Assembly (NCBI GenBank): GCA_965242965.1
Contig: OZ251518.1
Span: forward strand, 2,016,001 to 2,080,000
Origin: Candidatus Poribacteria bacterium
GTDB lineage: Bacteria; Poribacteria; WGA-4E; WGA-3G
Reading direction: 5' to 3'
DNA: 64,000 nucleotides
Shown here: positions 56,346 through 64,000 of the stretch, one piece after another
How the letters are laid out: each line of letters opens with the position of its first letter
Position numbering within the stretch: position 1 is the first letter of the stretch
Program-made: the position numbers and the translations under genes
The notes under the pieces: generated by a model
Told to the model about the DNA's origin: nothing
The model's database searches: none
What the model saw: only the letters and a program-made list of their open reading frames with translations

Positions 56346-56765
56346 TTATCTAGCAATAGCGAACCCGATATTATCGATGCCCGCTCGCTTGGCAATATCC
56401 ATCACCCGCACAATCTGCTCGTGGAACACATCGCGCTCAGCCATAATAGTCAGACGACTTTTGGATGCCGCCGGCGCGTTGAGGAGACGGTTAAACATCT
56501 CCCCTGTCCGGACAATCGCCTCAGGGCCAGCACCGCTCATAAGGATAGTGCCCTCAGTCTCGCCGGGCGCAGGACTGGCAATCCGGACGACAATAGCTGC
56601 CTGAACCGGCGGCGGAAAGGAAATCGGCGGCGGGAGTTGGACCCGCAACCCCGGAATCGGCGCGAAGGTCGTTGATACCATAAAGAAAATCAGGAGCAGA
56701 AACACACAATCGATCATCGGTGCCATGCTCAGCGTCGGCAGTTTGCGTTTCCTCAGATGTTGCAT
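56346..56765 (-). CDS. ExbD/TolR biopolymer transport protein
   Basis: APMIDCVFLLLIFFMVSTTF, IVRVMDIAKRAG; AAGGAGG RBS. Confidence 0.88.
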   Translation of the reverse strand: MQHLRKRKLPTLSMAPMIDCVFLLLIFFMVSTTFAPIPGLRVQLPPPISFPPPVQAAIVVRIASPAPGETEGTILMSGAGPEAIVRTGEMFNRLLNAPAASKSRLTIMAERDVFHEQIVRVMDIAKRAGIDNIGFAIAR

Positions 56766-56954
56766 TTCAGATTCCTCCTTTGTGTCCTCTGGCAACAGTT
56801 TTCAGCAAGTGCCAGAACCAAAGTTATCCTGACGTTACTTTTTATGAACACCTGAGTCGTTAAGAAGTTACGCGAATTTCTATAGTGCAAAAAAAATAAC
56901 TTGAAACGGTAGGCGCGCTTTCCAACGGCGCGCTGCTATCCATAGGAGAAACCA

Positions 56955-58478
56955 ATGTCAAAACCGTATTTCATAACAAACTTCATCGCCATCGTGTGCT
57001 GTCTCATCTGCGAAGCCGTTGCACAACCGGTGACGGTGAACATCACAACGCCGCGGCGAGGCACAATCGTCACGGAAAAACATTACACCGGACATCTACA
57101 ACCGCAGGCAGAAATTAAGGTGTTCGCCAACATTGCCGGTAAAATCGTTGAACGCCAAGCCGATGCAGGACAAAAAGTGGCGAAAGGTGAGGGCATCGCG
57201 CGGAGCACATCTCAAGAAGCAGGCATCGCTGTGATAAAGGCGGAAGCGGCGTTGAGTGCAGCGCAATCACGACTCACTACGACAGAGGCGAACGCGCAAG
57301 CCCGCGTGGCATCACAACTCGCCATCGCGCAAGAATCGCTCCTCGCCACACAGGCGAAATTGGAAGAGACGAAGTTGCTCGCCGAAATGCGCATTCGTAA
57401 CCAACTCATCCAAGCAGAATCTGTCTATAAATCCGCCGTAGCAACGCTTACACGTTCGGAAGTCAACGCGCAACAGACGTTGGAACGCGCAAAGGCGGAA
57501 CTTGAGAGAACGGCATTAGACTTTGAACGCACTCAGGCACTGCACGAAAAACAGCACATCAGCGACAGCGATTTCGAGGCATCAGAGACGCGGTTCAAAC
57601 TCGCGCAAAGTCGGCATCAAGAAGCACTCGCGACGCTCAATCAGTTTGCGGATGGCACGGCACAACTTGCTGTCGAAAAGGCGAAGGCAGAATTGGATAT
57701 GGCGCGGAAAGTTGTAGAAAGCCGCGGTTGGGAACGCGAAATCGCCGCCGCTGAATCCAAAGTGATGCAAGCGGAAGCTCACCTCAGCACGGCACAAAAA
57801 TTGGTGGAAGCGAAATCGTGGGAGCACGAAATTGCCATCGCAAGAACTGCTGTCCGTGAGGCGGAAGCGCAACTGAAACTCGCACAAGAACAGGTAAACA
57901 ACGCCGCCATTACTTCGCCCATTGACGGCGTAATCGCCACGCGACACTTGGACATGGGTGACTACGCCAGACCGGCGGCGGTGCCGGGCGCGGTGCCGGT
58001 GTTTACGGTGGTATCACTAGATACTATCAAAGCAGGCTGGAATATGCCAGCCGCAGATGTCGGCGGCGTTAAAAACGGGGATATGGTGCTAATCTCCACC
58101 GCCGGCATCCGAAACATTGTGGGCACGGTTGACTTTATCAGTCCAATCGTTCGCCGAGAAGACGACACGGTGATTGTCCATGCTTCTGTGCAAGCGGAGG
58201 GACTGAAACCGGGCGCGTCTATCACCGTTTCCGTCAAAACCGGCGAGCGGAAAAATGTCCTATTGTTGCCGCGTCGCGCTGTTTTGCGGATTCAAGAGGG
58301 TGCGGGAGAGATTTTCGTCGTTGAGGGAAACGTTGTGCGGCGGCGGCAGGTTACCGTCGGTGCTGTTTACGGCGGCGAGATTGAGATTACGTCGCGTCTC
58401 GTCTTAAAAACGCAAGTGATTGTGAATTCGCAGCATCGGTTGGGAGATGGCACGGCTGTGACTATCGCGCAGGATTAA
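56955..58478 (+). CDS. Efflux RND/ABC periplasmic adaptor with long coiled coil
   Basis: G..V.KG lipoyl half, ITSPIDGVI, G.VDFISP, V.RR.V.VG. Confidence 0.85.
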   Translation: MSKPYFITNFIAIVCCLICEAVAQPVTVNITTPRRGTIVTEKHYTGHLQPQAEIKVFANIAGKIVERQADAGQKVAKGEGIARSTSQEAGIAVIKAEAALSAAQSRLTTTEANAQARVASQLAIAQESLLATQAKLEETKLLAEMRIRNQLIQAESVYKSAVATLTRSEVNAQQTLERAKAELERTALDFERTQALHEKQHISDSDFEASETRFKLAQSRHQEALATLNQFADGTAQLAVEKAKAELDMARKVVESRGWEREIAAAESKVMQAEAHLSTAQKLVEAKSWEHEIAIARTAVREAEAQLKLAQEQVNNAAITSPIDGVIATRHLDMGDYARPAAVPGAVPVFTVVSLDTIKAGWNMPAADVGGVKNGDMVLISTAGIRNIVGTVDFISPIVRREDDTVIVHASVQAEGLKPGASITVSVKTGERKNVLLLPRRAVLRIQEGAGEIFVVEGNVVRRRQVTVGAVYGGEIEITSRLVLKTQVIVNSQHRLGDGTAVTIAQD

Positions 58479-58489
58479 GTTGGATTATC

Positions 58490-58865
58490 GTCTGGCGAGG
58501 GAAACTTGTCCCTCGCCAGATATCGGGTTTCTCGCTATCCCTTACTATAGACATGCAGGTCCTACGGACCTGAAGAGGTTTCCTTAGAGGCACAGCATGT
58601 CCCGCGATGAACCCTCCTTCTCCTGCAAATCCTGCTTCATATCTGTAGGTCAAGATCGCCCGATCTTGACCTGTTCGGGATCAGGCGATCCCGAACTACT
58701 TAGGTTCATCCTGCTTTAGCCAATTAGCATCGCGGGGGACAGGCCCCCGCGCTACGTTCTAAGCGACGTTTTTCGGTTGAATCGAACACTCGCGGGGGAC
58801 AGGCCCCCGCACTACGAAAAAAGTGGGTTTCCGTATGAGCCTTTAGGTCCTACGGACCTGAAGAG
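58490..58865. repeat. Mosaic REP-like array
   Basis: CTATAGACATGCAGGTCCTACGGACCTG, GTAGGTCAAGATC...CCGAACTAC, CGCGGGGGACAGGCCCCCGC units. Confidence 0.85.
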
Positions 58866-58932
58866 GTTTCCTTCTCTTTTTGCAAATCAACGCTCTATCC
58901 CCGAAAATAAGACGACTCAACTGAATTTCATA

Positions 58933-60114
58933 TCAGGCAAAAGAAGGACGCGCGCCCAGACAATCACGCCCCAAAACATAAACCCGTATCTGCTCCCACT
59001 TCCGCTTGGACCGGTGCGTTGCAACTCGCCTTTTAAAAACATCGCACACCCGAAACCCTGCCGATGCAATTATCCGCTCCATGTTCTCAATCGCCTTCGG
59101 ACCGGAGGCATCCGCATACCCTAATAAAATCGTGCCTTCCGGTTTCAGGAAATTCGGAGCCTGCGCAAAAAACCTTTCTAACGTCCGCTGCTTCTCATCG
59201 TGGATGGCGAGTTCAGATCGGTTCCGAGCTCGCATGACTACCCACGGTGCATTGAAGAGAATCAGATCGAATGACTGATGCGATGGAAATTCTTCAAATA
59301 GATCGCCGGGAGGCATGACGTGGATGTGCGTGTCTTCAGGATAAATCCGTTGGATATTTAATCTTGTCGTTGCTACCGCTTCGGAGAGGAGATCGGATGC
59401 GTGGAGGGTAACATCGGCACCTAATTCTTGCCGCGCGAGCAGTGTTAAAACACCGCAGCCGCAGCCGATGTCGGCGGCAAAAATCGAGACCGGGAGGTCT
59501 CTCCTACGGGCGAATGCCTGCAACGCTTCTTGAAAGCATTCAACTGTCTCTTGTGAGCGCGGCGGGAGGACGTTTTCGGAGGCGACGAGGGATGCATCGA
59601 GTGCGTTGACTGGATACGTCGTCTCAAGCGCGCTCTGGATGCGTTGGACGGACGCGACAGGGACGAGAAATGGATGCCCTTCGTTCGCGCCGGGAGGTTC
59701 GCCGATAAGCTCCAAGAGATAGGGCAAATCGGGAGATGGATCTGTCTGCAATGTGCCTTCTGCATCTGCCCAGCATAAGAGACGCGCGTAAGCCTCTTCT
59801 AAACGCGCGCGGGAAATAGCTCTTCCCGGCCGCGAGTGGCGATTGCCTTTCGCGCGCGAAGCTGATTTATAGGCGTGCGCCGGTGTCACAGCATTTTTGT
59901 GGCGGCGAATGTAGTCCATCACCACCATAATTTGTTCCCAAGCCCCTTGGACTACAGCGACACCGCCTCGCTCAATATGCGTGGAAATCCGACCGAGGTG
60001 CACTAAGTCCTGATGCGCGAACAATTTCACGCGCCCGCGCGCGAAGACTGCGTCGCGGATGGCAGTGGGGACGTAGAGTGTGCCGATGTTGGTGACGGAA
60101 TAGAAGGTGTTCAT
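58933..60114 (-). CDS. Class I SAM-dependent methyltransferase (PrmC/MTS-like)
   Basis: ADIGCGCG, GDLF, FDLILFNAPW; start reassigned to ATG 60114. Confidence 0.8.
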   Translation of the reverse strand: MNTFYSVTNIGTLYVPTAIRDAVFARGRVKLFAHQDLVHLGRISTHIERGGVAVVQGAWEQIMVVMDYIRRHKNAVTPAHAYKSASRAKGNRHSRPGRAISRARLEEAYARLLCWADAEGTLQTDPSPDLPYLLELIGEPPGANEGHPFLVPVASVQRIQSALETTYPVNALDASLVASENVLPPRSQETVECFQEALQAFARRRDLPVSIFAADIGCGCGVLTLLARQELGADVTLHASDLLSEAVATTRLNIQRIYPEDTHIHVMPPGDLFEEFPSHQSFDLILFNAPWVVMRARNRSELAIHDEKQRTLERFFAQAPNFLKPEGTILLGYADASGPKAIENMERIIASAGFRVCDVFKRRVATHRSKRKWEQIRVYVLGRDCLGARPSFA

Positions 60115-60207
60115 GAGGAAAACGGCGATGGAGAATATGCCGGCGCGCAGCCGAGGCATGGCGAGGGACAGGCCCTCGCCCTACGATTCGGTGGAAACTA
60201 TTTGGGA

Positions 60208-61257
60208 CTAACGCATCGCGACGATTTCGCCGGTTTTGATGGATTCTGCCTCTTTATAGCAGAGCAGGAGTGCATCTCTCGCACCTATGCCGGAGAGCGC
60301 GGTGGGTTCTTCTTCCCTATCAATTGCCTCAACGGCATAGCGGAGCTCGGCGGCGAAGGCATCGATCGGATCGGCATCTCCTAAATCCACCGGATGCACC
60401 TCGCCTGATTCGTCCAAGAGCGTCAACGGCACTGCCGTCACCGGCTCGCTGCCAAGCGTTGCGAAGTCATACAGCAACGTCGCTTTCTCAAGGTAAATCT
60501 CAAATCCGTGCGAGAAGGCTCTGCCGGGTTGCGATACCGCGCCGGACGAACAACTCACGGCAAGTTCTTTGTCGTTGTAGATATACTGCGTCGTTACGTA
60601 GTCAACGAAATTGCCGCCCGCCAGTTTGCCTTGCGAGAAAACAGCATCCGGCACGCCACAAAGCAGTTGGATGAAATGCGTGTCGTGGATGTGTAGATCG
60701 ATGCCGGGTCCGCCGCTTTTCTCAACATCGGCGAGTTCCCGCGACCAGCTCGGTTTGGAGATGATGCGCTTAAAATGCGCGCCGACGAGCGCGCCATATT
60801 CGCCACTCTCAACGATGCGCTTGGCGTAGGCATACTCGGCGAAGAAAGGGAGGACATGCGCCACCATAAAATGTTTATTTTTCTTTTCCGCCAGTGCAAC
60901 TATCTCATTCGCATCGTCAATGGCAATGGAGATGGGTTTTTCGACGAGGGTATGTTTGCCCGCGTTGAGGGATGCCATGCTGACAGATTTGTGCAACTGC
61001 GTCGGCAGGCAGATATCCACCAAATCGATTTCTTCATCGGCGAGGAGCGCGTCAATCTCGCTATATTTTCGGATATGCGAGAGCTCTTCGATGCCGCCCC
61101 GCGGTCCGAAATTGCCTTGAATGCCTGTCCAATCGCCGTTCAGTTTTTTGGCATCGCGTGTGCAAATCGCGACGACTACGGCATCCGGAACACGCTGGAT
61201 GCCGTAGTAGTGGATCATGCCCATAAATCCGATGCCGATAATGCCAATTTTTACCAT
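60208..61257 (-). CDS. Gfo/Idh/MocA family oxidoreductase
   Basis: IGIIGIGFMG, GKHTLVEKP, IDLHIHD. Confidence 0.92.
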   Translation of the reverse strand: MVKIGIIGIGFMGMIHYYGIQRVPDAVVVAICTRDAKKLNGDWTGIQGNFGPRGGIEELSHIRKYSEIDALLADEEIDLVDICLPTQLHKSVSMASLNAGKHTLVEKPISIAIDDANEIVALAEKKNKHFMVAHVLPFFAEYAYAKRIVESGEYGALVGAHFKRIISKPSWSRELADVEKSGGPGIDLHIHDTHFIQLLCGVPDAVFSQGKLAGGNFVDYVTTQYIYNDKELAVSCSSGAVSQPGRAFSHGFEIYLEKATLLYDFATLGSEPVTAVPLTLLDESGEVHPVDLGDADPIDAFAAELRYAVEAIDREEEPTALSGIGARDALLLCYKEAESIKTGEIVAMR

Positions 61258-61316
61258 GTTTGTATCCAAGAAGTGATGGCGCGCTGGGAAAGCGCGCCTA
61301 CCGGATTTTGACAGAA

Positions 61317-62111
61317 TCAGCGCAACTCGCTTGCCCTACGCTTAATGCTACCCCACGTCGTAGAGGCTTTATCTTGCGCCGAAACGGCGAGGATATCACC
61401 GTTCATAATTTCGTTGATTTCGTCTTCGCTGAGGGCGCGTCGCCAGATGGCGGCTTCGTCAATCGAACCGTTTTCAAAGGTATACTGCGGCCGGTCTTTG
61501 GAGCATCCGATGCGCAAATCCTGGTCATTCGTGCCTTTGAAATCGAATTTCTCAGCCTTTTCCTGCGCCAATTCGCCGTCAACGTAGATTTTCATGTCAC
61601 TGCCGTCATAAGTGCCGACGACGTGATGCCACTTTTTTTCGTCAAGATTGTGCGGAGCGTTCAAGGTAGGCCGGCTGTTGCCGGTGCCCAAGAACATATT
61701 AAAATTCGCGCCGTCGCCGAAAACGCCAATGCCGTAAGAGGAATGCTCGCCGCCGTTATGGCAGTTTTTGTCAAACCACTGCGCGTTGGTATTCCACGCT
61801 TCCTGATAAATCCAAGCGGCCATCGTAATTTCACCGCTGATTTTCAGTTCTTCGGCAGCGGGGATGTTAACGCAGTCCGCGCCTTCGGCGGTAATATTAA
61901 TCGCCTTGCCGTATTTCCCATCGACAATCTTGGTGTTGGCGATGATGTCCGCGTCAAGTCCGTTGCCGGAATTGTCGGCAATCGTCTTGCCGCCGGCATC
62001 GTCAAACGTCATGTAGATAACGATGTCATCGTCAAGTGCCGCGGTGGCAGCGTTTCCCACCGTGAGTAACATCACGGCGGCCAGCACTGAGCAGATAAAT
62101 AACCGTTTCAT
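61317..62111 (-). CDS. Secreted LamG-like jellyroll protein with KASTTWG tail
   Basis: DNSGNGLD, GKYGKAI, WHHVVGTYDG, GSIDEAAIWRRALS, AQDKASTTWGSIK. Confidence 0.9.
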   Translation of the reverse strand: MKRLFICSVLAAVMLLTVGNAATAALDDDIVIYMTFDDAGGKTIADNSGNGLDADIIANTKIVDGKYGKAINITAEGADCVNIPAAEELKISGEITMAAWIYQEAWNTNAQWFDKNCHNGGEHSSYGIGVFGDGANFNMFLGTGNSRPTLNAPHNLDEKKWHHVVGTYDGSDMKIYVDGELAQEKAEKFDFKGTNDQDLRIGCSKDRPQYTFENGSIDEAAIWRRALSEDEINEIMNGDILAVSAQDKASTTWGSIKRRASELR

Positions 62112-62224
62112 GTCTCTCCTCCAAAGCGAAAGTCTCGTGCTACAAATTGTGGTGCTATTTTAACACAGATGCGCAGAAAAGGTCAAATTGTTTTTTGTTC
62201 TACGGATGCATCGTTCGCTTCAAC

Positions 62225-62800
62225 GTCGCGGGGATAAGGCATCGCGCTACAGTAAAAAAAACGTGCCGTTTACCGTAGGGCGAGGGCCTGTCCCTCGCCA
62301 TGCATCGATCGGGAGGGAAATGGCCTTGGCCGGCGTGCGTTTTTCGCGCGGATCGAACGATCGCGGGGGACAGGCCCCCGCGCTACGGTAAAAAAACGTG
62401 CCGTTTACCGTAGGGCGAGGGCCTGTCCCTCGCCGTGCATCGATTGGGAAGGAAATGGCCTTGGCCGGCGTGCGTTTTTCGCGCAGGTCGAACGATCGCG
62501 GGGGACAGGCCCCCGCGCTACGGGCCCGGACGGGGGCCTACTCGCCATGCGCCGCTCGGGAGCAGGCGCTCCCGAACTACGGTCTTCTGCCCCTAATCCT
62601 GTGAAATCGTGATAATCGTGTAAATCCTGCTCGTCTCTAGGGCACACGGGCGATCGCGGGGGACAGGCCCCCGCGCTACGGGCCAGGAAGGGGTCCTCCT
62701 CTCCATGCGCCCGTTCGGGAGCAGGCAAGCCCGAACTACAGTCTCCTGCCTCTAATCCTGTGAAATCTTGTAAATCTTGTAAATCCTGCTCATCTCTTGG
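62225..62800. repeat. Mosaic REP-like array
   Basis: Duplicated inverted REP pairs plus AATCCTGTGAAATC low-complexity blocks. Confidence 0.9.
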
Positions 62801-63631
62801 CTAGCCCGAAGCAAGCACGGCGTTCATCAGTTCTTCCCATCGGCCCTCAAATTTCGCGCCGAATTCGGCTTCGCCGCCGGTTGCAAGCGGGCCGCGGAGC
62901 ATCGGTTTCGTCGTGTTATGCTTCTCCCACAGTGCTTTCCCGCCGAAGTCATTGTGAAGGAAATGGAGGGCAACCCCCGCGCGCTCCTTATCCGAAAGGT
63001 TCGATCTGGTGCAGTGAGCCACGCCATAACAGAAGAACAACACGCCACCCGCCTTCAACTCAATAGGGACAGCGCGCTCTTCTGGCGCATCGCACCGAAT
63101 ATGATGGTCGCTCAGCGGGTCGCGGTAGTGTTCATAACTCTCGCGATGACTGCCGGGGATGACGTGCATGCACCCGTTCTCAACATTCGCATCATGGATG
63201 GCAATCCACATCGCCGTGCCGCGCAACGGGTCCGCGATTTTGAAATAGGCGTTGTCTTGATGCCAACTGGTGCCGACACCGATCTTCGGCGGCTTCCAAA
63301 ACGCCTGATCGAGCTCCAACATGAACTCATCGCCGATGAGCTGCTGCACAACCGAAATAACCTTCGGATGAAACGGGAGTGCCTTGTGCAAGTCGCTGCG
63401 GTTATTCAGCGGGATAACCTGCAGGTTCTGGCGCGAGCCCTCGTTGTCGCGCTGAGTGCCATCCTCTTGGACAGCGCAATTAATGCCGGTTCCCTGTTCA
63501 AGTTCGGTGTCGTATATCCGCTCCAATTCCAAGCGGAGTGCCTTCGCCTCAACGGGATTAAAGAATCCCTCAATCTTCAAGTATCCCTCTTCTCGGAAGT
63601 GGGCAAGTTGTGTATCAGTGAGTTGCATCAT
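62801..63631 (-). CDS. Phytanoyl-CoA dioxygenase (PhyH) family
   Basis: F.EEGY, WHQD, WIAIHDA..ENGCM.VIPGSH, H...N.S...R. Confidence 0.92.
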   Translation of the reverse strand: MMQLTDTQLAHFREEGYLKIEGFFNPVEAKALRLELERIYDTELEQGTGINCAVQEDGTQRDNEGSRQNLQVIPLNNRSDLHKALPFHPKVISVVQQLIGDEFMLELDQAFWKPPKIGVGTSWHQDNAYFKIADPLRGTAMWIAIHDANVENGCMHVIPGSHRESYEHYRDPLSDHHIRCDAPEERAVPIELKAGGVLFFCYGVAHCTRSNLSDKERAGVALHFLHNDFGGKALWEKHNTTKPMLRGPLATGGEAEFGAKFEGRWEELMNAVLASG

Positions 63632-63741
63632 GAAAATCCTATCAATTTTTTAAGTGATGGCAAGGCAAGGCAGAAATCGAGACAAGGAGGGCTCGCCTAC
63701 AAGCCAATGCCCGCGGTCTTTGTTACCTGTTACCTTAGGGT

Positions 63742-63999
63742 TTATACAGAAAGCGCGCACGGCACGATGATAGAATCTACCATACCGTGCAAAATTTTCT
63801 TATCGGCGGGACAAACAGCCGCCTGCATGCCGCCGAGTTTCACAGTATTCCCGGTGACGAAATAATAGGGCCGCAGCAACGGGCGGCACGCCATCTCTTG
63901 GACATCGCCCGCGTCAAAATCGTAATACTGCATTCGCACCCGCTTCGCCGTGTGAAACTTCTGTAGGACATGCGGGGTTCTCTCAAAATTGGCTAACCC
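63742..63999 (-). CDS. C-terminal part of a conserved hypothetical protein (partial, begins beyond window)
   Basis: Frame open from the window edge: ...VLQKFH...RPYYFV...LGG...VCPADKKILHGM. Confidence 0.65.
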   Translation of the reverse strand, partial: GLANFERTPHVLQKFHTAKRVRMQYYDFDAGDVQEMACRPLLRPYYFVTGNTVKLGGMQAAVCPADKKILHGMVDSIIVPCALSV

Positions 64000-64000
64000 G

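Noticed and set aside
62918-63865. Long antisense ORFs (also 17352, 23552, 61260)
   Set aside because: Shadows of well-supported genes on the opposite strand

Overview
Bacterial chromosomal window, most likely Candidatus Poribacteria. This is inferred from three secreted proteins ending in a K(L/A)xTTWGx(L/I)K motif, LamG and PhyH genes, and a NYPNPFNPETWIPYQL-type C-terminal domain. It has about 45 genes, including housekeeping genes (ileS, selA, purB, an AddA-like helicase-nuclease, Hsp20, aquaporin, ABC transporters). Accessory genes include four PD-(D/E)XK-like paralogs, an orphan SPPY methyltransferase, an Rpn-family nuclease with a duplicated C-terminal cassette, and a DUF1156 methyltransferase + DUF499 ATPase defence-like pair. 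The dominant non-coding feature is about 15 intergenic mosaic arrays of GTAG-initiated REP-like palindromes from several families; no RAYT transposase, rRNA, tRNA or CRISPR array is visible. Most notable observations: (1) REP units sit in frame inside intact genes (ileS, selA, addA, a methyltransferase, a 1227-aa secreted protein); (2) one REP cassette has 13-bp terminal inverted repeats and a 9-bp flanking duplication, and strong promoters fire into such ends; (3) the DUF499/DUF1156 cassette is bracketed by direct-repeat arrays and its methyltransferase has a C11 tract suggestive of phase variation; (4) the Rpn gene has an internal RBS/start and a standalone second copy of exactly that C-terminal ORF. 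All calls are by eye from motifs; no database searches were run.
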